Positions 51,001-63,373 of a DNA stretch of 64,000 nt are shown here, piece after piece; positions within the stretch are counted from its first letter, which is position 1, and the number at the start of each line of letters is the position of its first letter. Origin of the DNA: Marsupella aquatica. Lineage: Eukaryota; Plantae; Marchantiophyta. The translations under genes were made by a program, and so were the position numbers. The stretch spans positions 16,209,974 through 16,273,973 of the forward strand of contig OZ316899.1 in the NCBI GenBank assembly GCA_973895155.1. Direction: 5' to 3'. The notes beneath the pieces are model-generated. The model saw only the letters and a list, made by a program, of their open reading frames with translations. It did no database searches and was not told the origin of the DNA.

Positions 51001-53648
51001 TTCGAAGTAACATGGTTCCTAAGTACAAAGTCAGGAGCCTCATGCACAGGCCTCAATTCATACAGCCCTTACCAGACATCACTAAACTAATGTCTCTCTT
51101 GTGGGCCAAGTCACAAAGATGTCTCTAGCCCGAGCTCCCTGTAAGGATGTCAATTGCGGATGCTTAAATTAATTATTGGACCCAATGGGACTCAGAAGAA
51201 TGCTCAATCGGAAGGTAGGAAATGCTAGAACTTGGAAGAAATTGACAACAAACCAATCTAAATCAATGGTTAAGCTTCTACTTCTTGGTTCTAATATTTT
51301 CTTCCTTACATGCATCAGAAGCAATGAAATAATGATAGTGCCTCAAAGTCATGCCCTACCCAGGTGCTTTGAAGACAAAGGCAACGCTACAGAAAACTCG
51401 GATCCGTTTCTACAGAATATCAGGAGTCAGACAAGAACCTTCGGTAGCCTTGAGAGAAAGGATCGAGAAACATCGATTATGAACTTACACTTTGACCCAA
51501 AATTACAGTGGGAAAGGCAAGCTTGCAACAACATGGGAAGCCACCACCCTTAAGACCGGCTTTATTCACACTGTCATATGATACTGCCTTATTAAATATT
51601 AAATGCTCTCTCATAGTTGTTAGAATGGCATCATATAGACCCATTGTGTAGACCAACACTCACAGTATGCACGGGAGACCACCGCTCACTGGCTAGCTCG
51701 TAACCATTCGGGTCATCTCCTGGTGCATGCAAGATAGATATACAAACACGTCCATCTGGGTATACTGCAGGAAAACAGAAGAGAACATGAGATACGGGAA
51801 ACACACCTAAACAGAGCCTTGATGTTTCTTCAAAACACGAAATCAAAAGAATCTACTGTTCAAAGAGAAGACGGATGCAACATCTCCCACGTAGAATGAA
51901 GGATTAAACTCCGAAGTCTCCCCCTTGAACCAATTCTTCTACACGACATTGGGAACTAATAATGGTCAAATATCACATCACCCGGACATAATAACCTTGT
52001 TCCGTGATCAGCAAGCTACACATTACGTTATACAAGAGGGGGGCAGGAGGGAGGGCGGGGAGGGGGGATCAGCAGGTGAACACAAACAAATTCCCTGACT
52101 TAACAGGTGATGCTAGAAAAAGAAATATCGGGACTTCGAATTCTACTTGCAAAAATTCCACAGTTGACTTAACTTCGGTTTTGTAGTTCATTTTTCTCAC
52201 CGTTTGGATGCCACATTTCCGAAGTGAACCTAACAGAGGGCGGGCTGTTTGGATAATTTGGAGGAAAACTCATAATTGCATTGAAATAGCCACCCTCACT
52301 GCCATCAGCAGTACAACACAGCAAGTAAGGACTTGAAGCATGAAGGTTACGTTGAAGTAAAACTCGGTGATATAGAACCTTGACAGTCATCCAAGGAAGT
52401 CACCGTTGAGCAGCCATCAGTGGCCTTGCTTAGGACAAGGATACAAGTTCTCTGCAACTGCAGAATGAACAAAGGAACAGATATCTGCAGAAGAGGACAC
52501 AACGTAGCGAGAAGCATGCAAACTGAGGATTAAGCAACAAAATACAAAGAATCATACTACAGCGTGTCTGGGGGCCCGATGATGGTGACGTTCCACTCGA
52601 AGACATTGCAATCGTCAACAAGGCCGGCCGAGAAGCCATCCACAGGATTTCTGGAGATATCTGTGGAAAACGAAGGAGCCTAAACTTAGTAGTAGTTATA
52701 TGGCTCATTACAGTGTTGCAAAAGGAAGTCGGAAACGACTTTAAGAACCAGTTACCTACAATCCAAACCTACACATACAATCTGATCCTGAAGAGAAAAC
52801 TGGATTGAGATAGCGGAAGCGATCGAATTCAAAGGTTCCAAAACCAGCCCAGGTAAGGATGCAACATCTCAAAGTATTAAACGCTCCCAGCAACCGCCAC
52901 CACCAACTCACATCTGACTTTGTTGTCACGAACGCTGTGATAATAGTGAGAAGGATTCCCATAGCCTTCGAGATTTGAAATTCAAAAACTAAACAAAGAC
53001 TGCGAATGCATCTTTCCAATCCTAAAACCATGACTAGGATATATAGGTGGAGCGTTCGGTCAAAGGAACACATTACTACCCCATCTGATGGCGTTCAGCA
53101 CAATTTTGTTAGGAAATTCGCTCGTAGGAAACATGGTTGTATTGGCAATAACAAATAACTCCAACAGTCTAAAGCACTCCGCTACACGAGACGACTCATC
53201 CATAAATTACCGACGTACTAACTTGCAGAAAACGTACGAAAAAGTCTATGAAACCTTCAAGAATTCGGAAGGTAAATAGGAGCCCAAATTTAGCCACTGA
53301 CAATTTCACTTTTCAAACCTTTCGGAGACAACACATTACTACTTCCCGCCTCAGCGACAACAGACAGAAAGAAGAGGTCGAGCAAAGTGTCTGCTATCGA
53401 GTTGCTTTCGAGCATTATAGATCGTGGTATTAACGACGACTTGATGTCACAATGTAGAATTCCAAGGAAAGACCGGAAAGACTAGATGAGGATAGACATG
53501 CTTATATATGACGTACACACATGAGCCAGTGAATTGATACAATTGGATTAACCAACGTTTGGGATCTCCCAGACCCGCACAAGCCAGCGGGGCAGAACAT
53601 ACCTTTAAGCTGCTTGCGCAGCAGCAAACTGGCTTGACTTTCTGACAT
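41983..53648 (-). CDS. UBC7: Ubiquitin-conjugating enzyme E2, UBC7/UBC13/UBC14 (Ubc7/UBE2G-like) family, 167 aa, 6 coding exons
   Basis: Exons 53603-53648, 52558-52660, 52201-52298, 51664-51764, 42336-42413 and 41983-42060, all GT-AG and phase-consistent. Protein: [167 protein letters not shown]. It has HPN, the catalytic Cys and the acidic loop insertion. Confidence 0.95.
42336..42413 (-). CDS. UBC7: UBC7-like exon 5
   Basis: [26 protein letters not shown]; CAG/GTAAGT boundaries. Confidence 0.93.
46893..46946. repeat. Perfect 27-bp tandem duplication in UBC7 intron 4
   Basis: CCCTTATTTTGGAACCTCTAGTTGAGG x2. Confidence 0.9.
48150..48500 (+). pseudogene. Ancient Ty1/Copia reverse-transcriptase relic in intron 4
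   Basis: QKHYILDKL..., [17 protein letters not shown]..., FMSN...[10 protein letters not shown] match the Copia RT C-terminal consensus PYQSAVGSLMYAM.CTRPD...HW.AVKRI.RY. Confidence 0.75.
51664..51764 (-). CDS. UBC7: UBC7-like exon 4 (catalytic Cys)
   Basis: [19 protein letters not shown]...WSPVHT; CAG/GTGAGT boundaries. Confidence 0.94.
52201..52298 (-). CDS. UBC7: UBC7-like exon 3
   Basis: YEGGYFNA...MWHPN; CAG/GTGAG boundaries. Confidence 0.93.
52558..52660 (-). CDS. UBC7: UBC7-like exon 2
   Basis: [17 protein letters not shown]...GPPDTL; CAG/GT boundaries. Confidence 0.93.
53603..53648 (-). CDS. UBC7: UBC7-like exon 1
   Basis: ATG...[15 protein letters not shown], donor GTATGT. Confidence 0.9.
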
Positions 53649-55156
53649 GCTGCGACACCCAGTTGAAATATCAGTAGCTCCAGCCACTCGCTGAGTGCAA
53701 GTCTAATCAATCATCAACGACAGCTGCGCCAGAAACGTCGCAACCGACAGACGCAACAAAGGGCTGGGCTGCCTGGACAAAGGCAACGAAGTTGTTCCGC
53801 GAGGGCGATCTGTAGAATATTGAAATTTTCGCCAGAGTTGTTTTGCAGATCCTCTGTCCACCTCCGTCTCATCCACATCTCCCCTGTAAAGTCATAGGTT
53901 AATACGAAGGTGGGCAAATGAGAATTCTAATAGAAACGGCAAAATGATGGTAGGCGGCAAGGAACTGACAGCGGAATCGAAAGGGGAAACAGTCATGCCA
54001 AACAACGAATCCCCTGTAGGGCACACGAGAGTTATCTAAAGGTGATTCTCCGCCGCCCATCAGTTCGAAGAGGCAAAGAAATCATGATAAATTACGGTAC
54101 AATAAGTGCAACACAAACCACCTATTAATAGTCGCTAAATTTTGGTTGTGTCACATCCTCTTATCATCCCCATGGACTGTGACACATAAACTAACTTATT
54201 ACACTTAATGATAAGCAAATTTAGATAATCAATGTTCTAATTAACTGTTTACCTACATTTCAAGTACCTTAGGAGACGTTATACACTTGAAAGTGAACTG
54301 AAAATATGTATTGAATAAAAAAAAGGTTTACATGTAGTATTGTATTTTAAAAAATTTGAGACATCCACTATTTCTAAGATCTCCGTGACGGCAAAGTACT
54401 GAAAGCGCTTATTGTAACAAGAACAAAGCTCTTTGAAAAATATCATTTCTTTGAGCTCTATAGTGGGACATTTAATTGAAGTGCTCTTTGTCAAAGAGCA
54501 ATGCTCTCTGAAAAATAAGATTTCTCAACAATACGCTCTTTGATTAAAATCTGAGATAGTTTTGTTGCAGCAAAATAAGTCAAACCTCTCCTTAACACAA
54601 GAGCAACACTCTATGGAAAATACAATTCCGTCTCAAGAGCAATGTTCTATGAAAATCAAGATTTGCTCCCAGTTTTTCTAGTGGAAATTGTTATATTGGT
54701 TCATAGGGATTGTGTTGCTTGTTTCCCACTTTTATGGGATTTTTGCGATATATTATAAACATAAAAATATTCTTGAGGAAAAAATTGAATTAATTTTTCT
54801 TTTGCTCATTGAACAAACTACTTGAGGCGCTAGAGTAAATTGTGAAGAGCTTAGTCTATATATTATTTTTATTACCATAAAGGCCAAATAAGGCATACAA
54901 ATACCTAAACATACCTTACATATTTTATATTTTTTATTGAAGTCTAAAAAAATGGTTAAAGTGACTAGCTTGAGGGAAAAGGATATTAAGAGAATACAAG
55001 GAAGCTTGCAATCAATGGTGATCTGGTTGGTACATGGTATCTTTGGACAAAAATGGACAGAGGTGATGCTTTGACAAGGTACTTTTGGACACAAGTGTAA
55101 CAAATAGTATCCAAGCATATGTGTGTTTGAGTCAAGTCCATCCAAGTTTGGTTTGT

Positions 55157-55330
55157 CCATGGGGGCTTCATAGACAACCTATCAGTCCATCCGGACTTTA
55201 AGTTAACTTAAGGGTGAGTTACACGAGAGTTATCATTATTATTATTATTATTATTATTATATTAAAAACTGTAATAAAATAAAAATAAAGCCTAGATGGA
55301 CCTAGGGGTTTGTTGTGAAGCCCCCATGGA
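55157..55330. repeat. Inverted repeat (~43 bp) flanking an (ATT)n microsatellite, MITE-like
   Basis: TCCATGGGGGCTTCA...GTCCATCCGGACTT versus AAGCCTAGATGGAC...TGAAGCCCCCATGGA. (ATT)n at about 55236-55263. A third related copy lies near 55780. Confidence 0.55.
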
Positions 55331-56291
55331 TTTCTAAAGATGAGATGTACTGACTCAAAACATCAAAATTTGTTCAGACAACATTCGTTATAGTTTTGAC
55401 TCATATGTGACCTCTAAACAAGCTCTTGACCATCACGCAATAGTATGTTGAGTCTCATGCAAACTACTTAGGGCGTTCTTCACAAAAGTGAAGCGTCTGT
55501 TGGTGATTAGTTTACAATATTTGACCATCTTTGCACTCATCGGCAATGAAGCAAATGCTTTCAGAAAAAAATTGAAACTTTGTCAAGTAATAGCTTGGAC
55601 ATTAGAGAACATGCTAGACAATTTTGAACTGAAATAGTGATCCAAATGTAATCCAGATAAATGCACAAGTAGCATTTTACAATTGGTCAAGACACCTGGG
55701 AAAATTACTCGGGGCGTCCTTTTCAAAATTGAAGCACCCTTCTAAGGATAGCCCAACAATGTGGATTTTGGGTGTAAGATCCATGGGGATGGGCAAAACA
55801 AACCCTCGGTCCATCCGGGCTTAACTTTCATAATAAAAGGTCCGGCCTCTTTTCAAGAACTAATGCCCAGATGGATTATTTCCTTGTCTCTAGCTATCTT
55901 TATTGAAAGTGATAGGGAGCAAGATCATTTTACACCAAACCATGAGATAGTCAAACTACAAATGGATGGTAACCTCTCTCATTAATTATTTACCTACATT
56001 TTTTCACTGCGAGAAGATTGTGTGCACTTAGAAACCAAAGTGAGAATTTGGATGGAATGAATGAACCAATTGTGCACATTCAAAATATCCCATAGCTCCG
56101 CAATGGCAAAGTACTCAAAGTGTTCTTTGTAACAAGAGAAACACCATATGACAATTAAATAGGACTTCCGGTCCATTGTGAAAAGTTACTTGAAGGGCTC
56201 TTTGTAACAAGAGCAAACCCCCTCTAAATACAGGATTCATCAACAATACTCTCATAAATTAAAATCTCAGGTAACTTTGGAGTAAAGTTAC

Positions 56292-56796
56292 ATCATCACT
56301 TATCAGTCGTTTCCATTAGTCAACCTGATTTGAGTTGCCATGTCATCTCAGAGAGGCCGCCAAGATGCGGCGCCCAAAAAAAATGTGAAAAAAAATCCTT
56401 TTTTTTCTCAAAATTTGATGGAGAAAAAAAACTTTTTTGAAATTGTATGGGTGTCCATATCGTACGGATACCACATCTTGGCGGGGCCAGTCAAGATGGC
56501 CAGGTGTTTGTATGGTACGGACATGGAAGTTTGTTGGGAATTTTTTTGAGAATTTAATTTTTTGAGAATTTTTCAATAAAATATTTTTAAAATGTTTTTT
56601 TCCCATTTTTTTGTTCGTACGCCGATCTTGGCGAGGTCAGCTGAGATTACTCAATCTCAGCTGCCTAGCTAAGATGCGTGAAAGTGCAAAGTCATCATCT
56701 CAGCTGCTTAGTTGAGATTCAGATTTTTCAAGGCGGAAAAACTGATAACTAATATCAGCAGCTGATATCCGTTATCAGTGGCTGATAACTGATGAT
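56292..56796. mobile_element. Putative MITE or foldback element
   Basis: ATCATCACTTATCAGT / GCTGATAACTGATGAT terminal inverted match, internal inverted GCCAAGAT motifs and A/T tracts. It interrupts a degenerate ACAAGAGCAACACTCT repeat region. Confidence 0.5.
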
Positions 56797-57289
56797 CCTC
56801 GCTACCCCGTAACTCTGCAATAATAAAATTAGTCATTACACTCCTTATAACAAGAGCAACATTCTCTGAAAAATAGGATTCTGAAACACTGTCCATGTAA
56901 ACATTTCCTTTAGCTCTGCAACAAAAGAATTGTCACAATCTTGGTAACAAAAGCAATCTACTACTATAATAGACAATGGGGCCATTTTTTGTCTTTCATC
57001 CCATTACAAAATCCAATATTGGCGGGAATCAAAATTGGCCGTTAGATATTTGGGGTATTTTTGTATTTGTTTGATCACTACTCACCCTCCCTCACGAGGT
57101 CCCCCATGCCCCGCAACACTGGCCGTCGCTCCGTGGCCTTGCTCTACACCTCACGTCGGCCATCAATGTGGGGATAAGCATCAGCCAGTTCAGCAAGTAC
57201 TGTCCTAGGCTCCCCTCCTTGCCCTCCCATGCACCTGGCTGCCATGTACAACTGAAGGTACTTTACTTGCACTCCTTGTGAGGGTACAA

Positions 57290-57625
57290 TACCTCCTTGC
57301 CCTCTGTGCATGCCTGGTCCTCATGCAGGACACTCCTACACGACAAGTTTTTTGGCTCGATTGTAGATGATTACCTTTTGAATGCACATCAATCATGAAT
57401 GTAGAATAATTGAAAAACTATTTTTACTTTAAAACAATTCATTTAAAATTGCAGCCTCACCTCCTCGCCCTCTGTGCATGCCTGGTACTCTGGGAGGACA
57501 CTCCTTTCATGACAAGTTTTTTTGGATCTAGACTACTTCCTATCTAGAACTACCTTTTAAAGCAAATCAATAATGAACGTAGAATAATTAAAAATATGTT
57601 TTTATTAAAAACAATTCATGTGAAG
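57290..57625. repeat. Imperfect ~170-bp tandem duplication
   Basis: ACCTCCT(T/C)GCCCTCTGTGCATGCCTGGT...GGACACTCCT...GTAGAATAATT...AAAACAATTCAT occurs twice. Confidence 0.75.
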
Positions 57626-58243
57626 TTTTCAGGTCTATTCTATCCATCTTTCAAGTTTTCCTTGGTACAAATAACAATAAAATCAGAATTGTTGAAACAC
57701 CACAACATGAGATGACTAATCTTCTCATTCAAAAGGAAAGACTTAATACAAGAGGTAACTAAGGATGTTAGGGTAACTACTTAACGGAGGAGGTTTAACC
57801 CAGGTTAATGGTAGACTCAACCTTGGGTTGTAACAAGAATAAACTTATCGTCTGACAAAGAGCAAACAAAATATAACCTTGGTAATAATAAAATGAAGAA
57901 ATCAAAAGAAATCAAAGCACCGGCAATGAACATGTCATTAACTGAAGCAGTGGCCTTAACTACATACCTAGCGGGCATGTGAGGGACATGCCGATGTGCA
58001 TAAGAGGCATTGTCCCTCGACATGACAGTTGTCGTGACATATAGTATCATAGCCAAAGTGTATTGAAAACATACAAAGCACCAACAATGCACATGTGCAA
58101 GCCGCTAGCAACCAACATGCATAGAAAAAGTCCCATCACATTTACAAGTGCCAAGAAAAAGGCAAATGAGGAGGTATGTACATAGTGGAGGTGTAAACCT
58201 CTGTCCCGCCCAGACCACAGCCAAAAGGAGGGCTGAAGAAAAT

Positions 58244-58414
58244 TCATGTAGCACGTGGAGCACAGGAAGGGCAAAACCATAACCCTTCTGGCACTTGGGT
58301 AAGTTCAGACCGAAGGCAAAAAAGATGGTACCCTCCATTGCAATTGTCACACAGCAGCATCTGGTCAGCATCATCAATCCGCAAACACACTTTGCACGGG
58401 TAATCCACAGGTGG
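58244..58414 (-). pseudogene. PHD finger coding remnant (57 codons, C-terminus of a disrupted ORF)
   Basis: PPVDYPCKVCLRIDDADQMLLCDNCNGGYHLFCLRSELTQVPEGLWFCPSCAPRAT*, a complete C4HC3 with W-x-C. Not in the supplied ORF track. Confidence 0.85.
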
Positions 58415-59449
58415 AGTGGTGGACCTCCCACCACGTGCTTGTCCAAACTTGTTTCTCAGCCTTGAAACAAATCAAACCTTGCACTAACACGGAATATTGG
58501 GGCAATTTTCCTTTGACTATACTCCTTGTCGTTAGCGACCACTCCCATACAAAACCGCATTTGCCCTCGTCAGCACAACCATCGCTCAACAGTCTTTACT
58601 AGCTGCACAAGCAACCAACTGTCACGCCAAAAGAGTCACCCTTACATGGATTTTGGCTTAGGCAACCGTAAGCTTTGTAAATATTGAGGTTTCGGGCAAG
58701 GAGAGACGTGCGAACTGCACTTACTCCCGTAACTTGAAGCCACCCGTGTCCAATTTTAAGTCTACACACATCTCATAGGTATATTTTGTATTCCGCCGCT
58801 GGAATGTACCTTAAGTCAATGGTTGGATCGACCCCGGCTTAAGGACTTCTAAGCCGCCTCCAATCCGGATCCGATGATACGAGTATCTAACCCGGGCTCG
58901 CAACCACTATCCGCAACCGTCACCCCATGCGCAGCTTGTACAATGCGTTTGGCCAAGCGTTCTATACTTGTATACGAGATTGATGAACAAAACGGATTAC
59001 ACAACATACAATCTCGGTTTACACGAAGAAAATGATGGGGAAAAAACTTTCAATTATAAATCCGTCACACGCATATACACGGTTGACTTGGCTTCTTCGG
59101 GAACAAATAGCACAATGGCAGGGAGGCGTACACTACAGCCCGGCGAGCTTAGTCGTACCCTCACTCCGTGGTACTCTTTCATTCACTAAGGTCGGGACTC
59201 CCCGCACACCCGCGGATACCCGATTCAAAAACATAAAGTCTTCCCCCCCCCCACGCTGCCTCTACCGGGGGTGCACTAAATACTACTAAGAGTCGTGGGC
59301 AGGAACGATCACCTGCTTGAATTGGCTTGTCATTACCCTAAGATTCTATGCTAAAAGACGATTGACAGCGCCACTTAACTAGTTTTGGCGTTTGTCTGTA
59401 GTGCCCAATTTCCTCGGCTAAACCTACGCTATGCTAATTTTTCCGTGCC

Positions 59450-62400
59450 GCCTAATGTCTGGCACGTTTGCCAGACCTGCCCGGGTGGGACTTGGAGCGG
59501 CCATCCCGTTGCCTCCTCAGCTGGTCAGTGTCTTGCTTGAGGATTTGGACTTGGTCCAAGAGAGACTTGTTCTCCCGCTTCATCGCCTCCTGACACGCCT
59601 CTTCCAACTGTTGGGCGTCTACCTCAGCTGTATCCCTTTGGGCACGAGCATCGGCCTCCTCAACGTCCTTCTACCAGATTATAGGTTGCCCTTTCAAGCT
59701 GTCAATCTAAGTCTGGAGCCATGAGATTTCAGAGTCCTTTTTGGCTCCGGCTTGGGCGGCTATGGTTAACTTGGCTTTAGTGTCGGCGACCTAGGCCAGA
59801 GCGATTGCAAGCTGAGGCCGGAGAAGTTGTAGCTCGGTATCCCGGTGTGAGGCTTTGTCTAAGAGTTGGGCTGCCTCACCCCGATACCGCTCAATCACTG
59901 CGGTGGCCTCAACCTGAGCTCGCCCTACCTTCACTGCCAACTCCTGGCTGAAGAAGTAAGCCACCTTGCGGGCCATGAACTTCCCCATTTCCCAACTAAT
60001 TTGTTGGGAGAAGACGCCCAACAGCCCATTCAAATACGTGCCCGGTGCAAAGAGTTCCGGGTTGACCAAGTTGTGCCCAGTCGGGTTAGGGCAAGGACAG
60101 ACCTCTACCATGGCAAAGGCCAAGGTTGCTACGTCCAGCTCCGGGGTAGTACGGGTAGACGGGGAGGGGTGTCCAGCAAGGGAGTCGCGAAACTTGACTA
60201 CCTTAACACTTAGCTCCGGCATCGCTGACTCCGACACCGAGCTCCTTTATGGTCCAGGCCCAGAAGGGCCATCCGGGGAGGACTTAGCATGGGGAGATTT
60301 TTTGGGCAATGGGATGTGACACTAGCAAAGGCAAGGCGCCAAGCTGGTGACACACATTAAAGACTTAGACTAGCTGAGAGCTGGTCGGGTCAAGGGGAAA
60401 GGGGCCAGGCTCAAGGTCGACCGTTCGGACCCCCAGACGGACTTTGAGTTTTGAGGGCTTGAGTGAGAGCTCCTCTTGCGCCTAAGGCCAATGGGGTTGA
60501 CGCCATGGGCAACGGACGCTTGGGGCACGAGTTATGGCCCGATCCGGGTTTGGCCGATCAGGGGTCCCGAGCGGCGATGAGACTTGAGGGCCTAGGCATG
60601 AGCATTGGGTCCGCCCAATCATAACAGGCTAAGGCACTCCGGTTGCGGACGCCTAACTAGGAAGTTATGGGCGTTGCCAATTGGTGGCGCGCCCAGACAT
60701 GCGGGATAGGATTCGGGTTGTGGCCCAAAATGTTGATGACCAAAGTTGGTCCGGGGGTGGTAGGTCTCTAGAAGCATATATGAGGGGAGTGGTGTCTCCC
60801 TGGGGGCTAAGGGCGAGCCAAAGTTGTGAGCCGCGGTGGTCGCGACACCAAGGGAAAATGTCAAACGGAAACGGCGATAACTTCTCAACAGGAAGTCCGT
60901 TGGGGGCGCCATAGGTTCTTGATGCTTGCGGATGTTATCACACCCGCTTGCCAAATCCTGCCAAAACAGTAGCCAAGCCGCATCCAGTCTCTCAAGGGAG
61001 CTTGCGTAGGGGAGGCAAGGCCAAGTAGGCATGGAGGTTGAGTTCCAAGGGCTCTTGGCCCCTAGACCATCAGCGGGGCAAGAATTGGAAGTTGGTTACT
61101 AGAGTCGGGGCCATTCTGATCTTGGCGCGTTGGGACAAGCTTTAGGACAAGCTACGCTATTTGGGCCATGAGCATGTTCTGGGGTCAGGGCGGTCAGTTG
61201 GTGATGGATAGGTACAAGGGAGAACCCGGGCTGCGCCCAAGGAAGAAGTTGTTCTGGACAAACAGTGGGCGTGGGCTCTGGTTCCAGCTTATGGCATCGG
61301 GAGGACGTATCACTGACCTACTTACCAATGTCTGTTGAGTTAGGATGCTAGACTTGGGGAGTTGTAGATCCTGAAGGGTTACTTACCGAGACGCTTGGTT
61401 GCTTGTGCAAACAATGAGGACCGTTGAGTAGTGGTCGTGTTAGTGAGCAAGTGCGGCTTCGTATGGGAGGGGCCGCGGGTGGTGCAAGGGGCACTAGATT
61501 GCTTGCTTGAGGTATTCCGTGGAGGCATCTGGGCACCAGGGGCACTTAGGCATTGGTGAGGGCATTGGGTGGCAAGTTCACCACTAAAGGGATCCAACTG
61601 GACAAGGGCGGAGGGTACCACTACTTCCTCCGGGATTACGGCCTCGGGTTTGGGGCCGGCCGGCTTCAACTTGATCGGCTGTAACTGCATGGGCCTAGTT
61701 TTGGGCATCTAGGGTTGCAATAACCGCCAAGTCTGGCACAAAAGCAGGTGCCTCGATAACTGCCTGTGGGGCCGGGGTGGACACCACTGGTATTGGACTG
61801 TGCTCTCGGGTTGTGGCCGCCTCTCCTGAGCCGAGAAACTTACCTGGGCAGGGTAAGTTTGGGCTCGTTGCACCTCGGGAGGGTTTGTTGATCAAACCGG
61901 ATGTACCTCTTGATGATGATCTCAATGTGGCTTGCAAGATACGCTTTTCCCCCGAGGTACAAGGTCTTCCTTTGTCGCTCCATCTCCTTGTGAAACTTCT
62001 TGGCGAAGAACAAAGCCCACTTCCTAGGCTGGTAGTTCTCGACCTGGATTACCTAGGTGGCGGATATCTTGCCCCGCAGCTCCATCATGTGGAGGGTGTA
62101 CCGCTGAAACTCCAACCGCTCTCCAATCTTCGGGATAAGGCATGTCCTCGTTAGCAAGCCGTTGTCCACTAAACCCTTGGCCGGGAAGCTGGATGATTAG
62201 TACTTCACTCCTTTGCCCCCTGGGGCTCGTGATTCCAGGCACCCGATTTGGTCCCTTGGGTACTAGGCCAAAGATGAGCTTAAGTCGCTCCTCATTTAGG
62301 GACATTACTTGCCCATGCGCGCGGGTTTGTTGGCGGGCCTTGTCAAAGTTCTGGATGAACTCCGTCATGTCTTGCCTGTAGTACCTGGAAGTGTTCCAAG

Positions 62401-62932
62401 GGAGAGCGGCGAGGTGTTCGAACCCTTGGGTCTTTAGGTAAGCTGCATGCTTTGGGTGGAGGATGTTCTTGTGGACATTCTCCCCCATGCAATGCATGGT
62501 CAACTTGGCCACTGGTAAGCCGGATACTGTAGCCGGCTCCTTCCTCTTCCTTCCCCGCGATTGGTTCCCGGGATGGCTTGTAGAAGGGGACATCTCCCCA
62601 TCTCCCCTATCCGGCAGGGGTAGTGCTACTACCGTTAGAACTGGTGCCGGCACCGCAACCATCACCGTATTGTCCCCCAAGGCCGCCCCTTGGGTTTGGG
62701 CTTGTGCGGGCGGTGATGTATTACCCATCCCATTTTGGTGCGTCCCTAGTGGCCTCCGGACAAGGGGTGGATGAGCCTCCTCATCTTCTGCGCTTAGATT
62801 TACCGCGTTCACCACGGATTGTACCCGAGCGAGCGGTGCAACCGGTGGTGGGGAACGGCTTGATGGAGGCCGAGGCGGTGTTTGTGTCGGTGTTGGCGAG
62901 TTGGCTACAAGTGTAGCCGGAGGGGGCGCCAT
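59450..62932 (-). pseudogene. G ORF2 (Pro-rich N-terminus, PMD-like LPW domain, coiled coil), frameshifted and split by a B solo LTR
   Basis: 62024-62995 contains YLKTQGFEHLAALPW...LKLIFGL. 59791-60177 contains CPCPNP.GH...MARKVAYFF, matching E. Confidence 0.7.
60183..61585 (+). mobile_element. Solo LTR of family B nested in G
   Basis: AGTCGCG...CACCACT. AAGGG on the left and A+AAGGG on the right. Colinear with 4118-5583. Confidence 0.88.
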
Positions 62933-63022
62933 AGAACCCAAAAGTTTGGATGGGAAGCCGAGCGATGCTAGAATTGAAAACCCGCCCGGAATCAAACTGC
63001 CAAACCAATAGTCAAGGAAGGA

Positions 63023-63373
63023 CTACACCTTGGCGGGTATGTTGTCAAAGTGATGATGCTGCAAGTCCACCGTGCCCGGGATCTTGAAGACCTTGTCCAG
63101 AAGTTGAAGGAGCGCTTCTCCAAAGCTGAGGTACTTTGTACCATCGAAGAAGAATTTGGCGATCTCCTCGTTCCGAAAGTATTTGCTCTCAAAGGGAAGG
63201 TTCAGGTTGTTGTAGTGAGAGCGCCCGTTCAAACGGATAAGTTGTTCGTACTGTCTTTTGGCTTTGTACTTGCACGGCTTGTGCTTGACAAGTGTTTTTG
63301 CAAGATGGTTACCAATACCCAGAAATTGGAACCAAAAGCGGATGGCAGAACTGGACATAACCGTGATAGACAT
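63023..63373 (-). CDS. G ORF1, intact 116-aa protein of unknown function encoded in the LTR-like unit
   Basis: ATG-to-stop ORF behind a conserved TATA. Clear protein-level homolog in E (23781ff). Confidence 0.6.
   Translation of the reverse strand: MSITVMSSSAIRFWFQFLGIGNHLAKTLVKHKPCKYKAKRQYEQLIRLNGRSHYNNLNLPFESKYFRNEEIAKFFFDGTKYLSFGEALLQLLDKVFKIPGTVDLQHHHFDNIPAKV

Noticed and set aside
53649-53687. N-terminal extension of UBC7 (MAGATDISTGCRS)
   Set aside because: It starts at GTG. The ATG at 53648 gives the family-typical N-terminus and length.
57827-58200. 3' LTR of a PHD-bearing retroelement
   Set aside because: TGTAACA at 57827 is suggestive, but there is no second copy, clear PPT or TSD in the window.
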